Of a stretch of 64,000 nucleotides of DNA, positions 1 to 42,719 are shown piece by piece (position 1 is the stretch's first letter; every line of letters begins with the position of its first letter). Under the pieces are notes generated by a model. The model did not search any database. It saw only the letters and a list, made by a program, of their open reading frames with translations, and was not told the DNA's origin. Made by a program: the position numbers and the translations under genes. The DNA is from the human T2T-CHM13v2.0 reference genome, Homo sapiens. The stretch is taken from assembly GCF_009914755.1 (NCBI RefSeq), contig NC_060936.1. The stretch is one strand, 5' to 3'.

Positions 1-480
1 AGAAGTTGAGAAGAATTAAATCTATCCTGTATTCATGGCATTTCAGAGATGCTGTGCCCCAGTCAGTCTCAGCTCTGCTTGACCCAGTAGACGGGTGATA
101 AAGGGCTTATAGTTGGCGTCCACGGTAAATGTCTCCAAGAAGACGTAAAACCTTAGCAAAAAGCAATATGCCTGAAAAGACGCTGTACGTCACTTCCTAC
201 TGGAGAAATGTGAATTATCCCAGGATGCCGTTTCCCCCTGTCAGGTTGGCAAATATTAAAAGGTGGAGGAAACCCAATTTGAGGGAGCAGGAGGCTGGGG
301 TACTCTCGTGTGTCATTAGGGGAAGCCAAAAATCACTGCAACCTTTAGGAGGAAAAATACCTATTAGTAATCATTATTTAAAATGCACACGGCCGGCACG
401 GTGGCTCACGCCTGTGATCCCAGCACTTTGGGAGGCCTAGGAGGGCAGATCACCTGAGGTCAGGAGTTCGAGCTAGCCTA

Positions 481-785
<305 letters not shown>

Positions 786-949
786 TCATTTCTGGTATCA
801 ACGAAACGAAGGGAGAGTAAATTGTCCGTTCACAGTGGGCTGCTTTTAGGAATTGTGCATCCAGACAGGTGGACACTCCCGTAAGTGGATTCATGGGAAT
901 AGAGGGCTGAGGTCCGGGCTGAGCCAGGAAAGAGAAGGAAGTGTCTGGC

Positions 950-1100
950 CATTAATTCAATCAACCAATATTTATTGAGCACCTTGTATGTGCCAGGTAC
1001 TCTTCTAGGCTCTGGGGATAGGAATGAAGGAAACATACTGTTCTTGAGGGCGAGCCAGACAAATGTGAAAAGTAAGTGCAATAGTAAGGAGGAATAAAGC
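950..1100 (-). mobile_element. L2 LINE 3' fragment
   Basis: attcaatcaaccaatatttattgagcacc...tgtgccaggtact is the typical L2 3' end in reverse. Confidence 0.7.
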
Positions 1101-1339
1101 TAAGAGAAGGGGGTGTAGCTGAAGGAATATACAATTTTACCTTTATTATTTATTTTAGAGACAAGGTCTAGTTCTGTCACCCAGGCTGGAGTGCAGTGGC
1201 ATGATCATAGCTCACTGCAGCCTCGATCTGCTGAGCTCAATGATCCCCCCACTTCAACCTCCTAAGCTGATCAGGGCCATAGGCACACTTTACCATACCA
1301 GCTAATTTTAAAAATTTCTTTTCTTTTTTTTTTTCTTGA

Positions 1340-1444
<105 letters not shown>

Positions 1445-1541
1445 TGAGTAGGGATTACAGGGATTACTAGGATTACAGGCATGTGCCACCAAGCCCAGCT
1501 AATTTTGTATTTTTAGTAGAGATGGGATTTCTCCATGTTAA

Positions 1542-2183
<642 letters not shown>

Positions 2184-3634
2184 TAGCTGGGACTATAGCT
2201 GCGCACCACCATACCCAGCTAGTTTTTTTATTATTAGAAGAGACGAAACCCTATCTCTATTTTTTATTTTATTTATTTTATTGAGACAGAGTCTCACTCT
2301 GTCGCCCAGGCTGGAGTGCAGTGGCGCAATCTCGGTTACTGCAACCTCCGCCTCCTGGGTTCAGGATATTCTCCTGCCTCAGCCTCCTGAGTAGCTGGGA
2401 TTACAGGCATGTGCCATCATGCCCGGCTAATGTTTGTATTTTTAGTAGAGACGGGGTTTCACCATGTTGGCCAGGCTGGTCTCAAATGCCTAACCTCAAG
2501 TAATCTTCCCGCCTCAGCCTTTCAAAGTGCTGGGATTACAGGTGTGAGCCACCTGTATCCGGCCAATTTTTAAATTTTTATAGAAATAGGGTCTCACTAT
2601 GTTTCCCAAGCTGGTCTTGAACTCCTGGGCTCAAGCAATCCTCTGGCCTCGGCCTCCCAAAGTGCCAGGATTATAGGTACGAGCCACTGCGCCTGTCTTC
2701 ATCTTCTCTCTTGAACTTGCTCTCCTGTCATATTTTCTACTTTGGTCAATGACACTTCTGTTCTCTGCCTCCACCCACCGCTGCCTGCCACTGACCACCT
2801 AAGCTCAAAGGCCAGGGATCCTGGATTTAAACCTTCTCTTTCCCTCCCTTACCTACCAAATCTGATGCTTCTTCCCTATTCCTCAAATCCATCCACCTCT
2901 TCCTCTGCTCCTCAGTCCCAAGAGATAACTCCTTTCTTCATTGCCTCTATTGTATTGTGGGGGCCAAAATGGGAGCCCCTCTCCAGCTTCTCAGGAGGCT
3001 GAGGCAGGAGAAAGGATCACTTGAGGCCAGGAGTTTGAGGCCAGCCTGGGAAACATGGAGAAACCCTGTCTCTACTAAAAATACAAAAATTAGCCAGGCG
3101 TGGTGGCATATGCCTATGGTCCCAGCTATTAGGGAGGCTGAGGTAGGAGGATCGCTGAAACTGGGGAGATCAAGGCTGCAGTGAACTGTGATCATGCCAC
3201 TGCTCTCCAGCCTTGGTGACAGAGACCTCAGACAGAGAGAGGGAGGTCCCAGACAGACTTGGGTTCCCTTGTGGGCAAGAGCCCCTCCCCCCAAAATAAG
3301 ACTATTCATATAGCATTGACTGTGCCAGCCTCTGTTTTAAACGTCTTTGATACTAGCAACAGGGCTAGGAGGAGGGTATTATTATAATTCCCACTTAACA
3401 TAGGAAACTGAAGCACTGAGAGGTCAAGTAGCTTGCCATAGGTCACACAGCTACCACGTGGCTATCTGAGAGGTGAACTCAGGCAGCCTGGCTCTCTAGT
3501 ATGTTCTCAGCTAGTGGGTGTCTGCTCTGCATGCTTTATTTATTTATTTATGTATTTATGAGATGCTCTTTTTGCCCAGGCTGGAGTGCAGTGGTGCGAT
3601 CTCACTGCAACCTCTGCCTCCTGGGTTCGAGTGA

Positions 3635-4003
<369 letters not shown>

Positions 4004-4533
4004 TAACTCCTGACCTCAAGTGATCCACCTGCCTCAGCCTCCCAAAGTGCTGGGATTACAGGCATGAGCTACCGCACCTGGCCATATGTGCCCAACTTTC
4101 TAAAATGTTGACTCAAATTTGTTTGAAACCATGCAGGCAAAACGAAGTAGGTCTATGAGCCACATTTGGTCTGTAAGCCACTAGTTTGCATCCTTCTGGG
4201 TTATACAATTTCCCTTCTTCACATTAAGTCACAGGAGAATAGAGGGGGAGTATTTTTTTTGCACGGAATCCTTTGGGTTCTCTCTGATCTCTTTATTTCT
4301 GAAGTTCGTGATCCCAGAAGCTCTGATTTCTTCTATAATCTGAAAAAAATCCCCAATTCCCACCATTATACCAACTCAGAGTATTTTTTTCTTCTATTGA
4401 GCTCTGCTGCCTCCTAGCTCTGAGTTGACTTATCCTCACGGAGGGTTCTCAAGCATTAGAAGCAGAAAGAGGCCAGAGACAGTGGCTCATTCCTATAATT
4501 CCAGCACTTTGGAAGGCTGAGGTGGGCGGATCA

Positions 4534-4812
<279 letters not shown>

Positions 4813-5188
4813 TTACCTGGTTTTGAAGAAAGAATCTCCTTCCTAGGGTTTTAGGACCCAGCTGCCTCATTCTTTTGCAAGGATCACTCACTCTTCTATG
4901 AGTATGAACAAGCCCCTTTCCAAAAGAAGTCCTCACTGCGGGCAAGGCTGGGGCAGTGCAGCTGCGTGGGTGGTCATGGGCACTGCCCTGCTGAGGGCAG
5001 GGACTGGGATACCAGGCCCCTCCTACCTGCTTTATCTCTGAGACCAGGAACCAAGGGACCATATCCTACAGTTGATGAGCAGGGATGCTGCCCCTAGAGT
5101 CCCTTGTCTAACACTCTCCCCTCTCCTGTGTTCAGAGGTTTGGGCTCTGGGTAGCAAAACTGAAGACAGCTCATCTTTAGAGATCATC

Positions 5189-5501
<313 letters not shown>

Positions 5502-6179
5502 TCAGGGCCTTTCTCCGTTCGCTCTTCCTGGAATCCTTTTCCCGAGCATGGTCCCATGGCTGGCTCCCAAATGTCACCTTCTCGGAGAGGTCTTCCGTTA
5601 TCAAAATTAGCTCCCCTGCGATCTTCGCTTCCACATATTCTCATCAACTGCCTTTTTTTTTTTTTGAGACAGGGTCTCACTCTTGCCCAGGCTGGAGTGC
5701 AGTGTCAGGATCAGGGCTCGCTGCAGCTTAGACCTCTGTCCATCAATCGATCCTCCCACCTCAGCCTCCTGAGTAGCTGGGACCACAGGTGTGCGCCACT
5801 ACGCCAGGCTAATTTTTATTTGTTATTTGTGTAGACGCAGGGGGGTCGGGGTCTTGCTATGTTACCGGGCTGGGCTCGAACTCCTGGCCTCAAGCGATCC
5901 TCCCACCTCTGCCTCCCAAAGCGCTGAAATTACAGGTGTGAGCCACCACGCCCGGCTCATCGCTTGCTTTATTGTCTGAATCGCGTTTATCTCTCTACAA
6001 AAGCAGTGTCATCCGTCTTTCCCTCCAGAGCAAGTCCCCTTCCTTCCCTGGTTCCAGAATTCCCCTCTCCGCGTGGTCCCGCTGGCAAAGCGCTGGCACC
6101 CGCAGCTCCTCGGTCCCGCGGCGCTGGCGGCCGCCCTGGCCTCCCCCTGGCTGCCATAAGGCACTACTGCCTTATGCGC

Positions 6180-6222
6180 AACACAAACACAGACACAGTA
6201 TTGGACCGGGGCACGCTTTAAT
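6180..6222 (-). terminator. HPD: HPD polyadenylation signal (ATTAAA, 6217-6222) with downstream GU-rich element
   Basis: Plus-strand tttaat reads ATTAAA on minus, about 180 nt past the stop; followed by tgtgtctgtgtttgtgt. Confidence 0.85.
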
Positions 6223-6401
6223 CGGGAGGGCTGGAGCAGAGGGCGGCCCCGCCGAGGGGCGTGGTCAGTGTGGGCGGAGCCTTGGGGGCCGAGTCCGCTG
6301 GTGGGCGGGACCCAAGGGGAGCAGCCAGTAGGGAAGTTGGGCGAGTTCCAGAATCAGGGGGCGTGGCTGTGTGGCTGTGGCCTCCGTGGGGTGGGCGGGG
6401 C

Positions 6402-25152
<18,751 letters not shown>

Positions 25153-25580
25153 GATTGATCTTAGTCAAACCTCCTACTGGGACTAGAGGCCTGGGGAGTG
25201 CTGGGCCGGAGTATTTAACCCCAAGCAGGTCCCGCCCAGGCCTCCTGGCCTACCTGGGGGATGGGGTGGGGAGCTGAGCCCAGCCCTGGAAGGTTCCAGG
25301 CCTGGGGACCTCTGATCCAGCCGCAGCCTCATTGAACAGGATGGTGTTGCCAGGCCCAGAGAGGGGCAGTGACGTCCACTAGTCAGTGGGAGGCAGAGTC
25401 AGGGCCAGAAGCCAAGGGCAAGCTTTTCCAGGACGCTGGGAATGTGACCATTACTGCCCAGAATCCAAAGCTCAGAAGCCAAGGCCGGCTGGAGTGCAGT
25501 GGCGGCTCCAGAACTCTTGCCTAGAGGAAATTTGAGGGGGCATTTGGAGACTGGCCCCAAAGTCCTGTTTGCGTCACAGC
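25153..25580 (-). promoter_or_regulatory. HPD: HPD 5'UTR and proximal promoter
   Basis: TATA-like TTAAATA (minus, ~25212-25218); GC box at ~25231; CRE-like TGACGTCC at 25370; HNF4/DR1-like AATCCAAAGCTCA at 25462 and GGCCCCAAAGTCC at 25553; C/EBP-CRE hybrid TTGCGTCA at 25569. Motif function is inferred. Confidence 0.7.
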
Positions 25581-27423
25581 GTTGTATTCCATAGCTCTGA
25601 GAGGCACGGCCGGAGAAGGTTTGCATCCTGGCTCTGTTACATACAGTGTGACTTGGGAAAATCACCATATCCCTTTGAGCCTCATTTGTAAAACAGGAAC
25701 GAGAATAGTGTGGTGGGGATTAAAGGAGATAAGCACGCTCTTTGGAACAGGACCTGGCACACAGGACACTCTCAGTGTTGGTTATAATTCATTGGGACAG
25801 AGAACATTCCTAGGCCATGAGGTCAGCAAGCGGCAGGGAAGAACTGGAACATGAACCGGGCTATTCTAACTCCAGGACCCACACTTTAAATTGCTAGATT
25901 GCCCTCTATACAAATGGGAGATATTGATATCCCCATCAGATGGGGAAACTGAGGCCTGGAGAGGTGAACACATGTCTCCCAGGTCATGGAACTGGTAAGA
26001 GCAGAGCCCCAAACTCTGGCCTGTTTGATTCTGAAGTTGGATCTCATTGCACCAGTGCAGACCACTTCTCCCTCCTTTTCTCTATTTTCTGGGCCATTCA
26101 GGAGGCAGGCAAGGTGGTCCCACCCCCTTATTCTGCCTGTCCTGGGCCTGCCCAGTGTGCCCCCAGTGTCCACCTCAGCTCCTTAAGTCTAAATTTCCAA
26201 CTGGGGGCCGGGGGCGGTGGCTCACGCCTGTAATCCCAGCACTTTGGGAGGCCAAGGAGGGAGGATCACTTGAGGCCAGGAGTTTGAGACCAGCCTGGCA
26301 ACATGGTAAAACCTCATCTCTACTAAAAATACAAACATTAGCTGGGCACGGTGGTGCACGTCTGTAGTCCCAGCTACTCAGGGGACTGAGGCAGGAGGAT
26401 CACTTGAACCAAGGAGGCAGAGATTGCAGTGAGCAGTGATCATGCCACTGCCCTCCAGCCTGGGTGACAGAGTGAGACTCCATCTCAAATAAATAAATAA
26501 ATATCCAACTGGGAAAACTTGAGTGGAGGTGGCCCAGGGTGGATCTCACAGGCCCAGAAGGTTCCCATGGAGGAGAAGAGCTCTGTGTAGCCTGCCTATC
26601 CCCTCCAGGCCAGCAGGAACATCTTGTCACTTTGATTGCTGTGGCCAACTCAAACCCCCACTCCTGGAGCCTGCCCTGGCTTATATGCTAAGCACAAAGG
26701 CCAATGTTTACTAACTCAAGGAAGTGTGTCAACAGCAGTGGGTTGCAAAGGCTGGCAGGCATCTAGAGGTAGGAACTCTGTCCCCAACACTGTAGGTCTC
26801 AGTCCCATGCTGGGTGCACCCCTAGATGCCATTCACATGTCTGGGCAGAGAGCAGGGAGGCAAGCCTGCAGGGCCCAGTATCCAGAGTCCCCTCCCTGAT
26901 GCTCTCTGTTCAGGCTGGGCTCCACTGGATAACAGATCAGCAGTGGCTGGGTGTGACTGTCTCTGTTCTTCATGCCCGACCATGCAGAGGTGGGTTCCAG
27001 AGGCCTTGCTCAAGAAGCTCACTGATCAGATGGGTTCATAGGACGCATCCTTGAAAATACCCTGGTGTGCAGAAAAGCATTCACCTAGCTGGGCCTGGTA
27101 GTGAGCACCTGTAGTCCCCAGCCACTCAGGAGGCTGAGGTGGGAGGATCACTTGAGTCCAGGAGTTAAAGGTTGCAGTGAGCTATGATCACGCCACTGCA
27201 CTCTAGCCTGGGGAACAGGGTGAGAACTTATATCAAAAATAGATAAGGCAGGGCCCAGTGGCTCACACCTGTAATCCTAGCACTTTGGGAGGCCGAGGAG
27301 GGAGGATCACTTGAGGTTAGGTGTTCGAGACCAGCCTGGCCAACATGGTGAAACCCTATCTCTACTAAAAATACAAAAATTAGCCTGGATGCAGTGGCTC
27401 ATGCCTATAATCCTAGCACTTTA

Positions 27424-27895
<472 letters not shown>

Positions 27896-28206
27896 TTACT
27901 ATAGTGTTTGCTAATATTACAGCTTCTGGAAAAAAACATGAAAAAGAGGCAATCTCTAAATGGAGATACACTTTCAGGGTTTTAAAAAGCAGTTTTTAGT
28001 TGCTAATGAGCCCTTGTGAAACCACACAGCTGACCCTTAGAGTCATGATTTTCTAGCTGATAGGGATCTTTTTACAGGCGTCCACCCGGGCTCTGAAACT
28101 GACAGACTTAAAGGGCTTAAGAAAGCCTCGCTTCGCTCTTAGCCTCGAGACAAACAGTCTCTTGGCTTAGCTACTGCAGAAGAAAATCCTGAATTCACGA
28201 ATTCTA

Positions 28207-28551
<345 letters not shown>

Positions 28552-28645
28552 TTACAGATGTCCATGATGAAAGAGTTCCTCTCTAATGGGACCATTTACA
28601 TTGGGCTGCTCTTCAGCTCTGCATTTCTTTTTTTTTTTTTTTTGA

Positions 28646-28804
<159 letters not shown>

Positions 28805-28999
28805 TAGTAGAGATGGGGTTTCACCATGTTGGTCAGGCATGTCTCGAACTCCTGACCTCAGGTGATCTGCCCACCTCGGCCTCCCAAAGTGCTGGGATTA
28901 CAGGCGTGAGCCACCGCTCTCGGCCTTTTTTTTTTTTTTTTTTTTTTTTTTTGAGACAGAGTCTCCCTCTGTGGCCCAGGCTGGAGTGCAGTGGCGTGA

Positions 29000-29212
<213 letters not shown>

Positions 29213-29331
29213 TAGCCAGGATGGTCTCAATCTCCTGACCTCGTGATTCGCTCGCCTTGGCCTCCCAAAGTGCCGGGATTATAGGCGTGAGCCACCGCGC
29301 CCGGCACCCCCCCTCCTTTTTTTTTTTTTAA

Positions 29332-29523
<192 letters not shown>

Positions 29524-30993
29524 TGATCTCGAACTCTTGGCCTCAGGTGATCTTCCCGCCTCGGCCTCCCAAAGTGCTGGGATTACAGGCGTGAGCCACT
29601 GCGCCCAGCCAGCTCTGCATTTCTGGTGCTGATTCCTTCCTAACTTGTGATTCTTGCCCAAAGCAACAAGCCGAGAGAGGGTACATCACAGGGACCGTGA
29701 TCCTTCCACGCACTCCTTCGGACTGGACTCTCAAAACTCCCCACCAAATGTTTCACTGCAGTTGATCGTTGTGTCTGACTTTCTCAATTCGTTGCAATTT
29801 GCAACAATGGACTAATAGCCTGATTCTCCTTCCCGCATCTTTGTCCTGACGTACTCACCTTAGTAAGGCTGTCTGTTAAATGCAACTGTCCCTCAAAAGG
29901 CATTATTTCTTCTATGCTGCTCACTACAGAAATGATCAGAATGAAAAGCATTGGTGGCGAGCCAGGAGCAGTGGCTGACACCTGTAATCCCAGCACTTTA
30001 AGAGGCTGAGATGGGGGGATCCCTTGAGCCCAGGAGTTCAAGGGTACAGTGAGCTATAATTGCACCACTGCACTTCAGCCTGGGCAGCAGAATGAGACCC
30101 TGTCTCTAAAAGAAAAAAAAAAAGAAAGAAAAGGGTGGAGAGTTATATAAGCCCATTTCGGAAATTTGTGAAAATCCAGGATTTTGCCCCTTCCACTTCC
30201 TGAACCTGAAATGAAGCTTTCTGGTTAAGTTGTATAAAAATGTTTTTCTGTGAAAAGGTTTTTGTCCCTCTTGGCTGGGCACGGTGGCTCATGCCTGTAA
30301 TCCCAGCACTTTGGGAGGCCAAGGCAGGCAGATCATTTGAGGTCAGGAATTTGAGACCAGCCTGGCCAACATAGCGAAACCCTGTTTCTACTAAAAATAC
30401 AAAAAAAAAAAAAAAAAAAAAAATTAGCTGGGCATGGTGGTACACACCTGTAATCCTAGCTACTCAGGAGGCTGAGGCAGGAGAATCACTTGAACCCGGG
30501 AGGCAGGGTTCATTGAGCTGAGATCGTGCCACTGCACTCCAGCCTGGCGACAGAGCAAGACTCTGTCACACAAAAAAAAGAAAAAATATCTTATTAAAGC
30601 CAGGTACAGTGGCTCATACCTGTAATCCCAGCACTTTGGGAGGCGGAGGCAGGAGGATCACTTGAGGCCAGGGGTTCAAGACCAACCTGGGCAACCTAGT
30701 GAGACCCTGTCTCTACAAAAAGTTTAAAAAGTAGCCGGCTATAGTGGTGCATGCCCGTAGTCCCAGCTACTCAGGAGGCTAAGTGGGGAAGATCTCTTGA
30801 GCCCAGGAGCTTAAGACTGAAGTGAGCTATGATTGTACCATTGTACTCCAGCCTGGGCAACAGAGGGAGGCCCTGACTATTAAAAAAAAAAAAAAAAATG
30901 GCCGGGCGCAGTGGCTCACGTCTGTAATCCTAGCACTTTGGGAGGCCAAGGCAGACGGATCACGAGGTCAGGAGATCGAGACCATCCTGGCTA

Positions 30994-31287
<294 letters not shown>

Positions 31288-31402
31288 TTAGGGTAGAAAA
31301 TATTATAAACGTCTGGGCATATTGGCTCACGCCTGTAATCCCAGCACTTTGGGAGGCTGAGGTGGGTGGATCACTTGAGGTCAGGAGTTCGAGACCAGCC
31401 TA

Positions 31403-31953
<551 letters not shown>

Positions 31954-32015
31954 TAAAGTAATCTAAGTATCCATCAACAGGAGATTGGCTTAATACAATA
32001 AAACATTAACTATTA

Positions 32016-32231
<216 letters not shown>

Positions 32232-32399
32232 TCAGAGGTGGAGGTTGCGGTAAGCCTAGATTGAGCCACTGCACTCCAGCCTGGGCAACAGAGTGAGACT
32301 CTGTTTTTTAAAAAACAAAGCAAAACAAAACAAAAAGGTGGGGCGCCGTGGCTCACGCCTGTACTCCTAGCACTTTGGGAGGCCGAGGTGGTTGGATCA

Positions 32400-32683
<284 letters not shown>

Positions 32684-33049
32684 CTAAGATATGTTACGTT
32701 TAAAAAAAAAAAAGGCACGGAGCAGTGTATATAAGTTACCATTTGTGTAAAAAAAAAACCCCACAGTTTACAGATGGTTTTAATTTTGTTCTTACAGTTT
32801 ATTTGAATTTTCCACAGTACAAAACATGCCAACGGTTCTCAGCCATTTGACGGAGTTTAAATAAAGAGAACCAATGCAACCTTGCCATTTGGAATCTTCT
32901 GCTGTTGGGAGCACCCCAAGCTTAGTGACTTCAGGGTTTATTTCATACTTCTCTGCACATCTAGTTGGCCTTTCTGGTTCTGCAGCAAAGTCTATTTACA
33001 TGTTTTACATCATAATTTACATGATTTAAGATTTTGTAAATATGGCTTC

Positions 33050-36240
<3,191 letters not shown>

Positions 36241-36648
36241 AGTGGGCTGATTATTATTATTATTATTATTTTAGAGATGGGGTCTTCCTGTGTTGCCTAG
36301 GCTAACCTTGAACTCCTGGGCTCAAGCAGTCCTTCTGCCTCGGCCTTCCACAATGCTGGGATTACAGGCATGAACCACCACACCCAGCGTAAGCTGATTT
36401 TTTTTTTTTTTTTAGCTTAAAAGGAAAAAATCTTCTGCAGAAGGAACATGATTCACCAGATGGTTACCTCTGGAGGCAGCACACTTTTTCAAAATAATTA
36501 AAATAATGTTAACACAAACTAAATTCCCATTTTCTGGTCACTTTGTTTTATGTGCCAGGCACTGTACTAAGCACATTCCATGCTCTGCTCTTTACTCATT
36601 AAATCCACAACAACCCTGTTAAGTAGGTGCTCTCATATCCCCATTTCA

Positions 36649-36816
<168 letters not shown>

Positions 36817-36893
36817 TCAAAAAAAAAAAAAAAGAAGGCAAGGATGGGTGATCTCATTGTCAGGGGGTTTAGATTTTATCTTTGAGACAATAG

Positions 36894-37410
<517 letters not shown>

Positions 37411-37571
37411 TAGGCTGTAATCCCCTCACTTTGGGAGGCCGAGGCAGACAGATCGCTTGAGCCTAGGAATTCAACATGACCCTGGGTAACATGGCAAAAC
37501 CCCATTTCTACAAAAAAAAACCCCAAAATCAGCCAGGTGTGGTGGGGCACACCTGTAGTCCTAGCTGCTCA

Positions 37572-37679
<108 letters not shown>

Positions 37680-38667
37680 TTAAAAAAAAAAATGCATCTA
37701 AAAGCAGTCAAATAGCCCTGTGCTCTGCTTCCTGCAATCTACAACTGGAGACTCCCAAACAGGCAGAACTAGTGAGGATTCAGAGGCAGAAGTCCATGGA
37801 CAGAACCTCACCCCTCCCCTGCCAGGCCCCACAGCTCTCCCAAGCAAGGGCAGCTGGGACCAGAGCAGGTGAAGGCTGGCCCGGGTGCCCAGCTAGTCTT
37901 GTTATCAGGGCTGGTGATCCTGGGCAGGGCCACTTAGGTGGGGCTGGTCTTTATCTCTTGAGGTACAGAGCCCATGTGTCTGAGCTTTGTGGTGACAGGA
38001 AGCTGTATCACCAGGCACCAGTGATGGCTGGGAGGGACCAGAGAGTTGGTGGCACGGGACATAGGACCCCTGGGCTCTGAAGACTGTGTAATCTTGGGCC
38101 ACTCCTGGCATCCTCTGAGTCTTAGTGTCCTAACTGTGCAAGCCAGGGAGCACTGGAGCTGGTGTGGACCGTAGGATGTCCTCTGTTCCTGGCACCGGGG
38201 CATTGAGGAGTGTCCTGGAGATTTCTTTTCTCTCTTTTTTTTCTTTTTGAGATGGAGTCTCGGGCTGGGCGCGGTGGCTCACGACTGTAATCCCAGCACT
38301 TTGGGAGGCCGAGGCGGGTGGATCACAAGGTCAGGAGTTCAAGACCAGCCTGGCCAAGATGGTGAAACCCCGTCTCTACTAAAAATACAAAAAAAAAAAA
38401 ATTAGCTGGGCGTGGTGGTGGGCACCTGTAATCCCAGCCACTCAGGAGGCTGAGGCAGAGAATTGCTTGAACCTGGGAGGCGGAGGTTGCAGTGAGCCAA
38501 GATCACGCCACTACACTCCAGCCTGGGCGACAGAGCGAGACTCCTCTCAAAAAAAAAAAGAGATGGAGTCTTGCTCTGTCGCCCAGGCTGGAGTGCAATG
38601 GTGCACTCCCACTGCAACCTCCGCCTCCCAGCTTCAAGTGATTCTCCTGCCTCAGCCTCCTGAGTAG

Positions 38668-39300
<633 letters not shown>

Positions 39301-39509
39301 CAAACACAAAGAAAGAAACAATAACACCACCACCATCTGTGAGCATGTATTCACTGTCAAGCACCGAGGTAGGGATCATGGGGATTGTCTGTTCCACAGG
39401 GAGGTAGTACTTGATCATTTTGTTTGCATTTGCTGGCACACATAAAATAAAGTTGACTGATTTTAGCAGTTTTTATTATTATTTTAAAACTCTCTGCAGA
39501 CATTGCATC

Positions 39510-40372
<863 letters not shown>

Positions 40373-40600
40373 GCTCCCTTATGACTTGTACCTGATGGGG
40401 TGGGAAAGAGGTGATGGAGGCAGCACCCCCCGGTATATGCCACGGCTAAGCACTGTGCCCATTTTATCTCTCAGCTTTCTATTTTTCTCCTCTCATTTTG
40501 CAGATGAGGAACTTGAGATTCAAGAAGAGGAAGAATTGCCCAAATAACTTGTTCTTTGTGGCTAGAAAATGCTTACATGGAACTCACCAGGCCACATTCA

Positions 40601-41348
<748 letters not shown>

Positions 41349-41389
41349 TGAGCCACCGTGCCTGGCCTTGTCACTTTCTTAAGTCTAAA

Positions 41390-41619
41390 ACAAGGCCTGG
41401 CAAACATTTTCCATAAAAAGCCATATGGTAAATATTTCTGCTTTGTGGGCTATCAGGCCTCTGCTGAAACTACTGTAGCCTGCAAACAGCCACAGACAAT
41501 AGGTGAACAAATTGGTGTGGCTATGTGCCAATAAAAACTTATTTACAAAAACAGTCAATGAGGGAAAAAACAGACAGTGGTCCAGATTTAGACCAAGGGC
41601 CATGGTTTACCCACCCCTG
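41390..41619 (-). mobile_element. MER58A-like hAT-Charlie MITE
   Basis: Degenerate terminal inverted repeats (caaggcctggcaaac ... gtttacccacccctg); internal ggctatgtgccaataaaaacttatttacaaaaacag. Confidence 0.75.
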
Positions 41620-42356
41620 CCTAGGCAATCAACAAAACAGTAACCTTGGTTTGTAGCATTTCCTGAATTCTGTGGTGTAGATACTCTGTATGGTCAATTT
41701 CTTTTCTTTTTTTTCTCCCCCTTTTTCTTTCTTTCTTTTTTTTTTTTTTTTGAGACATGGTCTCACTGTGTCACCTAGACCGAAGTGCAGTGGCTCAATC
41801 TCGGCTCACTGCAACCTCCATCTGCCAGGCTGAAGCAATCCTCCTACCTCAGCCTCCCAAGTAGCTGGAATTATAGGTATGTGCCACCAAGCCCGGCTAA
41901 TTTTTGAATTTCTTATATAGACAGGGTTTCACCATGTTGCCCAGGCTGGTGGCAAACTCTTGGGCTCAAGTACACTGCCCACTTCGGCGTCCCAAAGTGT
42001 TGGGATTACAGGCATGAGCCACTGCACCTGGCCGGTATGGTCAATTTCGAGTATCAACATGAAGTCATTGAACTTGGGGTTAAGCTAAGTACAGTACATA
42101 CCAAACGGATACAAACAGAAGTAAATAACCCCAAAAGCACAGATGAGGCTGGGTACATTGGCTCACATCTATATTCCCACCATTTTGGGAGGCTGAGTCT
42201 GGAGGATCATTTCAGTCCTGGAGTTCAAGACCAGCCTGGGCAACAAAGCAAAATCCCATCTCAAAAAGAACAGAGTAGAGAAGAGAAGAGACAGCATTGG
42301 TGATACTAAAACTTAGTAAAAATGATTAGGAAGTTGAGGCCAGGCGTGGTGGCTCA

Positions 42357-42719
<363 letters not shown>

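Noticed and set aside
1-390. 103-aa ORF 129..440 and possible 3' end of a neighbouring gene
   Set aside because: It looks like a decayed L1 remnant running into an Alu, with no exon or poly(A) features I can support.
40581-40590. Strong minus-strand donor CTG|GTGAGT beside an antisense Alu (possible exonisation)
   Set aside because: Such 9-mers occur by chance and I have no supporting acceptor or transcript evidence.
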